Shown: positions 18,768 through 29,145 of the stretch, one piece after another | Numbering within the stretch: the first letter of the stretch is position 1 | Layout: each line of letters opens with the position of its first letter | Virus record (IMG/VR): IMGVR_UViG_3300042301_003793 | DNA from: a virus | Length of the DNA: 64,000 bases | Strand: one strand, 5' to 3' | The notes under the pieces: model-generated | What the model was told of the DNA's origin: nothing | Seen by the model: only the letters and a program-made list of their open reading frames with translations | The model's database searches: none | Position numbers and translations under genes: made by a program

Positions 18768-19675
18768 TATCCTGTTATGTTATTGAATGCTTTACTAAAG
18801 TCTATATTTGTTCCCCTATCTTGTCTAACTTCAAATAATAATTCATTAAATTGATCACGAATTTCATATAGATTGTATTGTTTATAAATGTTATTTTGAC
18901 TATCGTAAATTGTATAAACACCATCGTCAATAGATTTGGTTTGATTGCCGTAAAGGGCGATTGCAAGTGTCGAAACATCGTGTTCAACAATTTCAATTTC
19001 AGTTGTTATTGGATTAAAAAATGTATTTGTTATTATTATATTTTGATTTGGTTGACCAATAAATGGAATAGCATTTGGTTTGTTTGTTGGTGACGATGAT
19101 GGTGAAAGAGTACAAAAAAGTAAATTTGTAACACCCTCAACGTATCTATATCTTACAGCTTTTTGTGATGTATTTGTTAAGTTAACATAAACTGGTTCAC
19201 AATAAAACGAAGATGTTATAAGTCTAAAAAAGTTAGGAATTTTTGTTCCGTTATCGTTTAAATATTCAACTCTAAAACCAATTAAACCTTGATTAACAAA
19301 TTTATTTCTAAATGTACTTGGTACGTTATTAATATCAATAACAATTCCTTGAACGTTTGGTAATGATGATAATACGCCACAATCTGTTATTTTTGTTCTG
19401 ATTTCCGCTGGTCTAATATATAGTGTATATATACCTAATTTATTAAATTGGTCAGCAGGTAATTTAAGATTGTAAAGTCCACCCAAAATCTCTACATTAG
19501 CGTTTCCACCAGTATTAATATTATGAAAATATGGTTTTAGAACCGCCCTAGCATCTAATTTTGTAAGTAAAAAATTATCCGTGTCGTCTCTTGAAGGTGT
19601 GTAATTTAATATAATTTCAACATCTTCTGGACTAACATCTGCTGGTCTTATGGTTCCGTAATTTCCTGTTGCCAC
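18767..19675 (-). CDS. Conserved virion structural protein
   Basis: 302 aa, GTG start, lies in the baseplate operon, TATTTAT upstream (19711-19705). Confidence 0.55.
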   Translation of the reverse strand: MATGNYGTIRPADVSPEDVEIILNYTPSRDDTDNFLLTKLDARAVLKPYFHNINTGGNANVEILGGLYNLKLPADQFNKLGIYTLYIRPAEIRTKITDCGVLSSLPNVQGIVIDINNVPSTFRNKFVNQGLIGFRVEYLNDNGTKIPNFFRLITSSFYCEPVYVNLTNTSQKAVRYRYVEGVTNLLFCTLSPSSSPTNKPNAIPFIGQPNQNIIITNTFFNPITTEIEIVEHDVSTLAIALYGNQTKSIDDGVYTIYDSQNNIYKQYNLYEIRDQFNELLFEVRQDRGTNIDFSKAFNNITG

Positions 19676-19718
19676 TTTTAATTATTTATAATGTTTATCT
19701 TTTAATAAATACGACCTT

Positions 19719-20891
19719 TTAGAATTTTTTGACTCTAAAAAATCCATAACCATACTTGGTTATATCTCCCAAGTTATCTATTTCACCAAGTCTCTGCATT
19801 GTTTCTAGTCCCGAAACCTTGCCACGTTCTATAAATAACTCCGATTCAATCGCTGGTTCATCAATAACATTGAGTAATGCCTCGTTTTTTGTTATTGCTG
19901 ATAGTGTGAATAAATCTACATCTATACCATAAGAAGAAATAAAATAAATTGTAGTACCATCGGACAAATCCCAATATAAAATATTATCTATTGTATATGC
20001 CGTATAACTATTTGTTGGGTCTGGACCTAAATAAACACCCTGTGTTCCAGAGTTTCCAGTTATTGGTATATTAAGTTTGAACTTTCCACCAAATAAATTA
20101 AATTTTGGTCCATAAACCGCAAGATCGTTTACACTACTTTGTGTAAAACCAGTAATTAAAAAAGGAACTGTTGTATAATTATTACTATCATAGTCAAGAA
20201 TGTTTGTATTTGAGTCACCAGTAAATATGTAGTCATAACTAACTGGTGTTCCAGTCCAGGTACAACCTGCTGGTGTAAAATACGCGGTACCTTGTGGATT
20301 ATCTATTGTTAGTCCGGTATATGGTAATTTAATTGGTTTTTCTACATTTGATATACCCCAAGGTGACTTAGATTCCAATTTAATAACATAATCTTGTGGT
20401 GAATTAACATAAGTATGTGTTATAGGTGAACTACTCGTTAAGGTTGTTATAGGTGAACCATCACCCCAATCTAATGTGTACTTACTTAGTGTTAAGAATT
20501 TTTTAAGTTCTTTTTCTGAAGTATTAAAAAAAGTTACAGTATAAGGTGAACTTGTATCCGCCGACCATAAAAAATTAATAATAACATCTTTTTGTAGTAC
20601 GGCACCATCAAAAGGTGTGTAATATCCAATATCTATTGCTGTTTGTGTGAAAAGAAGTGGTACTGTTAAACAAGTAAGTAATGACTGATTATTTGGTCCT
20701 GCAGACAATAAGTAGTCCATTGGTAAATAATAACCAGTCGTTCCAGTCAAGGTATTTACTGTTGTTGATGTTATAGGACAACAAGGGTCTATTGAAACTG
20801 TGATGTCTGTTTCACCAGTATAAGGTACTTGTACAATATCACCTAATATGTTTTCTCTAGAAATTTTAAAATAATACTTTTGCTCTTCCAT
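19719..20891 (-). CDS. Virion structural protein with PKD-like domain
   Basis: YTLDWGDGSPITT...THTYVN..YVIKL is a PKD-type signature. Confidence 0.55.
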   Translation of the reverse strand: MEEQKYYFKISRENILGDIVQVPYTGETDITVSIDPCCPITSTTVNTLTGTTGYYLPMDYLLSAGPNNQSLLTCLTVPLLFTQTAIDIGYYTPFDGAVLQKDVIINFLWSADTSSPYTVTFFNTSEKELKKFLTLSKYTLDWGDGSPITTLTSSSPITHTYVNSPQDYVIKLESKSPWGISNVEKPIKLPYTGLTIDNPQGTAYFTPAGCTWTGTPVSYDYIFTGDSNTNILDYDSNNYTTVPFLITGFTQSSVNDLAVYGPKFNLFGGKFKLNIPITGNSGTQGVYLGPDPTNSYTAYTIDNILYWDLSDGTTIYFISSYGIDVDLFTLSAITKNEALLNVIDEPAIESELFIERGKVSGLETMQRLGEIDNLGDITKYGYGFFRVKKF

Positions 20892-20892
20892 A

Positions 20893-21711
20893 TTATGGGT
20901 TTAAATATTCATACCAGTTTATCGATGAAACATCTGTTCCAACTCTAAGTCCAGTTATTGTATCATAAACCTCATATGTTTTTGACGGGTAATTTAAACT
21001 AACTTTATAGTAAAAATAATTTGCTTTATTAAATGTATAATAATTACCTGACGCTGAAAATATTGATTGGGGTCGATTCATCATATTAACAAAAATTCCT
21101 CGTCTTGCATTAAAAAATTTAGCAGACATATAAAATTCATTTATGTTTATATAAAAATTCTCACGTAACCAATAAATGAAAAATCCTTCTTTATCTCCAA
21201 CAAAATCTAATCCCATTTTTGGTTTTCTAATTTGTACGTTCTGTAAAAAGGTTGAAATTGTTACTGTTTCAAAATCACCTTGTTGTACTGGTAGTATTAT
21301 AGAAAAATAGTTTTTTTGGTTAGATTCATTTGGTGTATCATAAAAATCTAATTTAAAAAATGACTTCGTAAAAGGTTTTGAAAAGTAATAAACGTCTTGT
21401 TTTGTAAAATCTTCATACAAATAACTGTTGTACCAAGATGTTGAATTACTTATTGTGTCGCCAGTATCAAAGAAATAAAATTCGTAATTTATTTTTGTTA
21501 GTATGTCCACATTATTTGTTGCAACATACTGACTATGCGAAAACCTTGAAAGTTCAAAGTCATTTGGCAATCCAATAAGTTCATCAAGTACCTCACCTTG
21601 GTAGGTATCAATAGCCTGGTCTCTTTCTGAAAAATCCCATTTCATTTCGATTGGTAAATCTATTTGTTTACCAATTGCTGATTTCACTATTTTATATTTA
21701 TTCACACTCAT
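20893..21711 (-). CDS. Virion structural protein (hypothetical)
   Basis: 272-aa ORF coupled to its neighbours in the baseplate operon. Confidence 0.5.
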   Translation of the reverse strand: MSVNKYKIVKSAIGKQIDLPIEMKWDFSERDQAIDTYQGEVLDELIGLPNDFELSRFSHSQYVATNNVDILTKINYEFYFFDTGDTISNSTSWYNSYLYEDFTKQDVYYFSKPFTKSFFKLDFYDTPNESNQKNYFSIILPVQQGDFETVTISTFLQNVQIRKPKMGLDFVGDKEGFFIYWLRENFYININEFYMSAKFFNARRGIFVNMMNRPQSIFSASGNYYTFNKANYFYYKVSLNYPSKTYEVYDTITGLRVGTDVSSINWYEYLNP

Positions 21712-23452
21712 CTTCGGTTGGTTCTTGTATTTGTGTTATATCTGGTTGACCTATACCTTCATAGAATAATCTAAAAATTGTTGTATTAAAAGGATAGTGT
21801 TTTCCATTTGTGAATGGATAGTCAACACCTAATCCAGAAGAATCCACATAACCATAAGGATATATATCTCTCCATCTAAAACCATTTGAACTATTTGAAT
21901 AAAATGCCCAATCTGGTATTCCGGTCACAACATTTGCATCACCTTCTTCAACGTACTCAGAAAAAACTCTAATTGTTACTGGATTGTGTGGGTAATAGTA
22001 ATAACCAAGTTGGTTAGTTAATGAAAATAAATCATATTGTGTAAACCAATTTTGATTAAATGTAAATTTATGAACTTTACGTGAAACAATCCTTTCTTCT
22101 TGTGTAAAGTCATTCCACTCACAAAAATCACCATATAATAAATCATCTTTTTTTAAGTCACTATTATAGTAAAAAGGTCCAGAACCTACATTAGATGTAT
22201 ATGAAATATTTGCTACGTTTGTATTTGAAAGACCGTTATTTAAATCCCAATAAATGGATGGTGCGTTATTCTGTAAAGGCATATTAAATTCATACCCTTC
22301 TCTTAATTTATTTGTCCAACCCCAATACCCTTTCCAAACACTTGTAAAGTATAGTTCGTTTATTGGTCTATTTTGATTATCTCGTATTTTACTAATATCA
22401 ATGTCTCGATTAAATGATAGTGTATAACATTGTGAACCTTCAACTATTGATGTTCTTGGACAAGTTGGTGGTGTTAGAATTTGAAGTGGTGTTCCGCCAG
22501 ATAAAACTTTTTCAAATTGTGTTTTTAAATTAAAAATGTTTTCTTCAAATCCAGATTTTGTTAAAATTGCATCACCAACTTCAGTCAAAATCTTATTAAC
22601 CTTAACATAATATTTCGACATTGTTTCGGCAGAATTTACTGGATCCAAAACTTTCTTTAAATTACCAGTATTTCCTGGGTCAAAATTTGTTGTTAAATAA
22701 CCAATATCAAATATGTTAAAAATATATTCTTCACTACCAGAACCACCATCACCAACGGAATCAATTTCAAATAAATCTGTCCCATTATAACTGAATGGTA
22801 GCTGGACGTATTGTCTTGTACTTAATCCGTGTTTCATCGGACATCTAAATGTAATTAAATTATTAATTCTTGATGTGATTAAGTACGGTATACCGTCTTG
22901 AGCTTGAAAAGTCCAAGTTGCAATTGTTTGTGGGTCGTGAACATATAATGTTTTTGTATAGTCGTTTGAATATGGGTAAGACATATAGTGTGTCCAATTA
23001 TAAGTTGACGCACTTTTGTTTATAAAAATTTGATGGTTATTAACACCTGATGTGTAACCAACTTGGTTATTATCATTTCTTATAAAATCAAATTCAGAAT
23101 ATTGTGGAAAACCATACCATTCAATAGGTGTTAATCCAGGATTACAAGCAATTTTTTCAGTTGTTTCGACTACTTTTGTGTAAGCTAAGTAATCAACATA
23201 TGGTTGGTAAAAAGTACTTCCAGAATATTTGTTTTTTATTATTAGATTATATTTTGTACTTGGTCTAAAAACGTTAGATGCTTCTCTTTCATTAACAAAA
23301 GTTTCTTCAAGATTAACATCTATATATCTTTCATATTCAACTTGTTCGTGTGATGTTTGTTCAAGAACAATTTTTTGTTGACCGTCAAGTACTGGTGCAC
23401 CTTGGTATCTATTATTACTTCTAACAATTACTGTTGGGTTATCTATTGGCAT
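21698..23452 (-). CDS. Virion structural protein (hypothetical)
   Basis: 584-aa ORF overlapping both neighbours. Confidence 0.5.
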   Translation of the reverse strand: MPIDNPTVIVRSNNRYQGAPVLDGQQKIVLEQTSHEQVEYERYIDVNLEETFVNEREASNVFRPSTKYNLIIKNKYSGSTFYQPYVDYLAYTKVVETTEKIACNPGLTPIEWYGFPQYSEFDFIRNDNNQVGYTSGVNNHQIFINKSASTYNWTHYMSYPYSNDYTKTLYVHDPQTIATWTFQAQDGIPYLITSRINNLITFRCPMKHGLSTRQYVQLPFSYNGTDLFEIDSVGDGGSGSEEYIFNIFDIGYLTTNFDPGNTGNLKKVLDPVNSAETMSKYYVKVNKILTEVGDAILTKSGFEENIFNLKTQFEKVLSGGTPLQILTPPTCPRTSIVEGSQCYTLSFNRDIDISKIRDNQNRPINELYFTSVWKGYWGWTNKLREGYEFNMPLQNNAPSIYWDLNNGLSNTNVANISYTSNVGSGPFYYNSDLKKDDLLYGDFCEWNDFTQEERIVSRKVHKFTFNQNWFTQYDLFSLTNQLGYYYYPHNPVTIRVFSEYVEEGDANVVTGIPDWAFYSNSSNGFRWRDIYPYGYVDSSGLGVDYPFTNGKHYPFNTTIFRLFYEGIGQPDITQIQEPTEDECE

Positions 23453-26400
23453 TATCCTTCGGTGTTGATGTAAACTTTTATGAATTTATCAATTGCTGTA
23501 TTTCCGTTTGAAAGTCCAAAATAAAAATGATATGGTGCTCCAACAATAACACTTTGATTTGGTAATCCATTTACAACACCGTTTGGTAAAATTTCTGGAT
23601 TATCATTAGAATCAAAGTTTGTTATAAATCCAAAATTTTCAAGGTTATTTGATTTCCTAAAATATGGGTCTGTATTAAAATCTAAATCTTGATAAGTCTT
23701 ACTAAAGAATCCACCATTTGATAAAACCTGCGTATTCCAATTATTATCTTCTGTTCCAAAAATACTATTTGTTGGTCCTGTTATCCTCCATAAATAATGT
23801 GGTACATTTTGGTCGTGAGGATAACCATAATAATTAAATACACCACCACACTTGTAACTTAAAGCTTCAATACCAGGTGATAATTTTCTTCTATAACTAT
23901 AATCTTCGGTAGATGATGAAAAGAAAATACCAAATACAGGCTTTGCGTCTGGTGTTGCATCTGAACCAATATATAAGAAATTATTTGGGTAATTTTCTTC
24001 AATGTATGGACTTACTCTCCACTCAGAATTTATTGATAATGCTTGTGCGATATCACCATCAATTCTTTCCGCTTGTCTTGAGCTATTAAAAAACTGAACA
24101 ATACCTTTACCTTCTGATGATCCACCACTTGGGTTACCAATTGGTATTATTTGGTCCCAAACTGAAGCATTAAGTAGTCTTGAAATAAAACTCATTTGTA
24201 GCAAATCAGAATTATCTTGGTAAGACGTTGATTTTACTTGGTCAACAAGATATCCGTTAAAATCCGAATCATTACATATTTGACTAATAAACTTATCTCT
24301 AGGTCCCATATCCATTACTGTTGTTGGAAATTGTATTCTTTTTGTGTTATACCCTAACCCTGGGAAATCATTTATTAATTCTGTTGGCCAAAACTGACTT
24401 GCTGGCGGTGATTCAACACCAATAAAATTATTACCATTCCAAGGTGAAGACCTGTAATAAAAACCATTAGTTAATTCATTATAAACAATAGTATCTTGAC
24501 AGTACTTATATTGTGGTTCATCTGGTTGTGCTAAATTAAATTTACTTACTTTATTAAATGTAAACATATATAAAACACCATTAATCCAGTTGTTTTGGAA
24601 TGTTTGAGAAAATACTCCTCTACATGCCGCAAATGTTAGTGTAAATCTTGTTTTCCATTCAAGTAACAATCTAGCGTCTTCTGGAAATTCAAATAAAAAA
24701 TCTTTATTTAATAAACAATAACAACCTCTAACCATTCTATTTTCTGGTATATCGCAGTTTGGATTAATACTTACATTGGTCCCGCTACCTTGGTAACATT
24801 CTAAAGGTTTCATATTTTCACAACTTAATGTTGATGTTAAACCTTGTACAAATTCTGACTCATCATAAACGGCTTGACCAGCAGATGGGTCTGGTGCTAA
24901 AGCTATTGTTGGCGATGATTGACCTTGTGCACTAAAATATTGGAAATTAGTATTTTGATGTAGTGCATAACTTGTTTCAGCGTAATTTTCTTGGGTTCTT
25001 GTTGAGGTTGGTAATCTGTCACTTCTCATAACAAGGTATTGTGGTTGTCCAGGTGTTTGGTCAACTGTAAAGAATATTGGTGCCGGATTGTACTTATAGT
25101 AAGCAGGTGAATATACAGCATATTTAGTAAGTCCTACAGAATATTGGTCGTTATTTCCATTAAAATTTTGGGTCATACCTTGATAAATCTGACCAGCAAA
25201 TGAATTAGATGCTGTAAATGAACCACCAGCAAAATAATAATTTAAAGTAGATTGTGGTAAAGTTTGATGAAAAGGTGTGTTTGAAACATCATAAATTGTT
25301 GGTAAAACAGATGATCTTCCGTTTGAATTACTTAAAATAGTGTGTTGATTTGGTGCAATTGATGATATTGTTTGGAAATTTAATAATGGTGATGGTTTAT
25401 AACTATTAGCAATAAATTCATCTGGACATAAATAATAAAAAGGTAATGTTGACGTAAACCCAGTAAATTCATTACAAGTTACACCACTTACTATATATGT
25501 TTCTCCAATTCTAAAATTATATGGTTCAAAAAATAAATCTGGCGCTGAATCATTTTGTGTTATGATATGTGTTGTTGGTTTTATTCCTGTTGCTTGTATT
25601 GGTATATTCAAATAATATTCACCCTCAACAATTGGTCCTTGTCCAAATGATTTACCAAAAATTCTAGATAAATCGTATTTATTTTTTTGTTTAGGTGAAT
25701 GTGGGTCAACACCTCTAGTAATAATTAAAACTTCTAAATTACCAAATTGTGGAATATTTTCAACAATATTGTTAAAATATGAATACTGATAATTACTTGC
25801 CGGTGGTGGTGCTTGTGTTAAATTACAATCACCATCTTGATAAACAAAAACAGCATCGTGTTTTAGATATTTACTTGGGAAGTAATTTGCATTTGTGAAA
25901 CTTGCAAGTGAATTAAATTGGTTGTATGTATATCCGGAAATTAATTGGAAGTATTCTAAATCTATATTGTACTGTAAATAATTTTCACTTTCACCAGAAT
26001 AGAATAGTTCATATTGTACTGATTGGGAGTTGGTTGGTGTTGTTGGGTTTGCATAACTTAAATTTGTAATACTAATACCAGTTGTTGTGAAACCAGTAAC
26101 GGCATTATTTCCAAATTGATTTTCACCAAAATTATTACCATCGTGAAACGTAACACCTGTCAAATTTGGGTTACACAAAGAAATCACACCATCTTGGAAT
26201 GTAAATAAACTACCAACACCGATTTGACTTGCGGTTCCGGCTTTTGCTAATATTACCAATACTTGGTCTTTATGTTTTGTATTTTGATTATTAGTACTTG
26301 TTGTGTTAAATGTTACTTCAATTTGATTTACATTATCAAAATATTTTTGTCTCAAATTAAATTCATTTAATTTTTGTGAATATGTTTCAGTATATGGTTT

Positions 26401-29070
26401 TGCAAAAAATCTCCAATCACTACCTAAATATTTTTGAGCTGAAAGTAAAAAATGATTTGGTGCGTGTAAATATGTTTTATCTGGAACACCATAATAATCA
26501 TTTCCAATATCTAATGATTCACTACCGCTTAATAATCTTTGATATCCAAGAGTTGCGGCAATAATAACATTTGTGTCTATCCATTGTTCTCCGATTGAGT
26601 AACTTAATGATTTATGCCCACACCAAGGTACGTTCCAAAATAATGGTGAATTACAATTGAATGTTGGATTACAGCTAAACCCATTAAAATAATAGGGTCC
26701 TGTAATTGGTTGATTTTGTGGTTCTGGTTGAGACACATTTGGATGTGATAATGTTGGGTAAGAAGAAGGTAGATTAATTGGTGCAATAAAAGAATTATCA
26801 GTAATTGCTGTTGTTGGTATTCCTTCTGGTAAATCTGAACCGTCAACTTGTGATTGAGCATCAGATATTCCTTGATTAACACTAGACTCATTTATGTTAT
26901 TTGCCTCAGAAAAGTCTGCGTTTCCACATTCACAATCACATGCTGTACAATCGGGATATGATAACATTGGTAATCCAAGTCTTGGGAAGTTATCAATATT
27001 TATTAAATATTTTAGTGTAAAAGCACTTAAAGCAATACCTGCGGCAACCATAAATAACACTTTCACACCTTGTTTTATAATTTGTAAAATTGTTGCAAGA
27101 GAAATTACTGGACCACCTGCGTTTGCATCACCTATTGAAGTGATATAGTAATATAAATCAATTCCCGAATCAACACCAAGGTATGATATGTATACACCCA
27201 AAAATACTAACAAGTATTTAAGTACTGGCCAAATAAATGAAATTAAATGTGCTATAAACAATAAAGGAACAAAAACAAGTGGTGTTAATATTGAAATAAA
27301 CAAATTAAAAATAAAAAATAAAAAATCAAAATTTCTTACAACGTCATTTACTGGAAATGTGTTTGTTTCAGACTTACAAGTTCTATTATCAATTTCTTTT
27401 ATCCCTAAATGTTTTGCTCTTCCAAGACCTCTTTTATAACGATCAAGAAACATTGCTGTTGTATATACTTTATTATAGTGAAATTCATAAAAAGTATCTT
27501 CACAATTTATTGCCGCTTGTGAATCTGCGTAGTCGTCCCAATCTAAACTAAATGAATATGATTTTAATAAATCAAAATATTCTTGATTAAAAAACTTATA
27601 AACAATGTCTGATGGTTGATTTGGGTCCTCTGGAACCAAAGTTACATTTATAAAATCATTTGGTGTTTGTGTTGATATCACTTGGGTGTCACCATAATAT
27701 GGTGTCCAAGGTCCACCAATACTTGGTCCTACTTCAACAGAATAACTTGATACATTTACAACTTCTTTAAAAACTAAACCACTATTTCCAAGTGGACCAA
27801 ATATAACACTTGTACCTTGTCCGGGTTGTATTGTTCCGGTAAGTAATTGTACTTGTCCAGTTTTTAAAGGGTCACTATTATAAGTGGATACTGTCCACCC
27901 ATGTTCTTTAATATTTGGTACAAAATAATTTGCTCTTTGGAACTCATTTTGTAAACCACCTTCGTTTTCCCACTTAAATTTAAACCTATACCTTGCTTTT
28001 GTTGGTATTCCTAATTTTGGGTCATTTGAAATTGCTTGTTCACCAAATTCATTTGTGTAAACATAATCTAAGTTCATTGGTAAATTAACCAAATACGAAC
28101 CATCACCATCTATTACTTTTCCATCGTTTGGTAATTTAAATTCTTCAAGTATTGGGAGTCCTAACTGGTCAACATTTATTGTTTGTCTTATTGATAATAT
28201 TTGTCCTGGACCTGCGATTAACTCACAAAGATTTCCAGTATTATTTTTTGGTTTACAACTTACTCTTAGTGCATCGTCATCAGTTGTTGATATTATAGAA
28301 CCAAGAAAGACTGCTTTTGGTTCAATACTTATATTTGCTTCACTTAAATCAAAGTCAACTCTTGTAATACCTAATTGGCAAACGTCTGTATCACCCCATA
28401 ATGGTGAAATATCAATAATTTTATTTAATGTTTTTATCTGTGGAAGTTCATTTAAATTTGTAGAAGACTTAAATGTATTTCCATCAACTTGATTTTCTGT
28501 TGCAATTCCATTCTGGATTAAGTCTTGTGGTGTTAGTGAAAAACAACCAATATCCGACAAATCAACATCCAAAAATACAGTCTGGGTTCCTAAAGGAATC
28601 CCAAAAATCATATAATCACCACTTTCATTTGTTTTAGTTGTGAACTTATAATATTTGTCGTACACCTCAATATAAGATTGGTCTAATAAAACTTCTTCTT
28701 TTGTTGGAAAAGTTCCAGTTGCTGCGTGACCTTCATACGAGGGTAGTTTAGGTAATAAATTATATCTATAACCGTCGTCACTTACATCAGATAAACTTTG
28801 GTAAGGGTATAATTCAGTTATTACTGGGTTATTTTCATCTTCTGGTTGTAGCGGTATGAAAATAGAAACCCTTGCATTTGGTAATCCAAAACCACCATTA
28901 ACAAATACACGACCAACAATAACACCATAGTCAGAACATTGTCTACTATAAACCTCACTCTGTAATATTTTAAGAGAAAGTATGTTAATTTGGTCAAAAT
29001 CTTGGTCCAGATTAACTTTAACTGATTTGTCGACCCCAACCTGGGTTCTTATTCTATATGATTTTGGCAT
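23452..29070 (-). CDS. Large baseplate/tail protein (1872 aa) with N-terminal carboxypeptidase-regulatory-like domain and internal hydrophobic segment
   Basis: GVIVGRVFVNGGFGLPNARVSIFIP...TTKTNESGDYMIFGIPLG; long hydrophobic stretch at 27000-27330. Confidence 0.6.
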   Translation of the reverse strand: MPKSYRIRTQVGVDKSVKVNLDQDFDQINILSLKILQSEVYSRQCSDYGVIVGRVFVNGGFGLPNARVSIFIPLQPEDENNPVITELYPYQSLSDVSDDGYRYNLLPKLPSYEGHAATGTFPTKEEVLLDQSYIEVYDKYYKFTTKTNESGDYMIFGIPLGTQTVFLDVDLSDIGCFSLTPQDLIQNGIATENQVDGNTFKSSTNLNELPQIKTLNKIIDISPLWGDTDVCQLGITRVDFDLSEANISIEPKAVFLGSIISTTDDDALRVSCKPKNNTGNLCELIAGPGQILSIRQTINVDQLGLPILEEFKLPNDGKVIDGDGSYLVNLPMNLDYVYTNEFGEQAISNDPKLGIPTKARYRFKFKWENEGGLQNEFQRANYFVPNIKEHGWTVSTYNSDPLKTGQVQLLTGTIQPGQGTSVIFGPLGNSGLVFKEVVNVSSYSVEVGPSIGGPWTPYYGDTQVISTQTPNDFINVTLVPEDPNQPSDIVYKFFNQEYFDLLKSYSFSLDWDDYADSQAAINCEDTFYEFHYNKVYTTAMFLDRYKRGLGRAKHLGIKEIDNRTCKSETNTFPVNDVVRNFDFLFFIFNLFISILTPLVFVPLLFIAHLISFIWPVLKYLLVFLGVYISYLGVDSGIDLYYYITSIGDANAGGPVISLATILQIIKQGVKVLFMVAAGIALSAFTLKYLINIDNFPRLGLPMLSYPDCTACDCECGNADFSEANNINESSVNQGISDAQSQVDGSDLPEGIPTTAITDNSFIAPINLPSSYPTLSHPNVSQPEPQNQPITGPYYFNGFSCNPTFNCNSPLFWNVPWCGHKSLSYSIGEQWIDTNVIIAATLGYQRLLSGSESLDIGNDYYGVPDKTYLHAPNHFLLSAQKYLGSDWRFFAKPYTETYSQKLNEFNLRQKYFDNVNQIEVTFNTTSTNNQNTKHKDQVLVILAKAGTASQIGVGSLFTFQDGVISLCNPNLTGVTFHDGNNFGENQFGNNAVTGFTTTGISITNLSYANPTTPTNSQSVQYELFYSGESENYLQYNIDLEYFQLISGYTYNQFNSLASFTNANYFPSKYLKHDAVFVYQDGDCNLTQAPPPASNYQYSYFNNIVENIPQFGNLEVLIITRGVDPHSPKQKNKYDLSRIFGKSFGQGPIVEGEYYLNIPIQATGIKPTTHIITQNDSAPDLFFEPYNFRIGETYIVSGVTCNEFTGFTSTLPFYYLCPDEFIANSYKPSPLLNFQTISSIAPNQHTILSNSNGRSSVLPTIYDVSNTPFHQTLPQSTLNYYFAGGSFTASNSFAGQIYQGMTQNFNGNNDQYSVGLTKYAVYSPAYYKYNPAPIFFTVDQTPGQPQYLVMRSDRLPTSTRTQENYAETSYALHQNTNFQYFSAQGQSSPTIALAPDPSAGQAVYDESEFVQGLTSTLSCENMKPLECYQGSGTNVSINPNCDIPENRMVRGCYCLLNKDFLFEFPEDARLLLEWKTRFTLTFAACRGVFSQTFQNNWINGVLYMFTFNKVSKFNLAQPDEPQYKYCQDTIVYNELTNGFYYRSSPWNGNNFIGVESPPASQFWPTELINDFPGLGYNTKRIQFPTTVMDMGPRDKFISQICNDSDFNGYLVDQVKSTSYQDNSDLLQMSFISRLLNASVWDQIIPIGNPSGGSSEGKGIVQFFNSSRQAERIDGDIAQALSINSEWRVSPYIEENYPNNFLYIGSDATPDAKPVFGIFFSSSTEDYSYRRKLSPGIEALSYKCGGVFNYYGYPHDQNVPHYLWRITGPTNSIFGTEDNNWNTQVLSNGGFFSKTYQDLDFNTDPYFRKSNNLENFGFITNFDSNDNPEILPNGVVNGLPNQSVIVGAPYHFYFGLSNGNTAIDKFIKVYINTEG

Positions 29071-29145
29071 TAAATTTCTTCTTTTTTGATAAATAGTTTA
29101 TTTCCTATTTTCAAAAAATAATCCTTTTATAAAAAAAATAAATTA

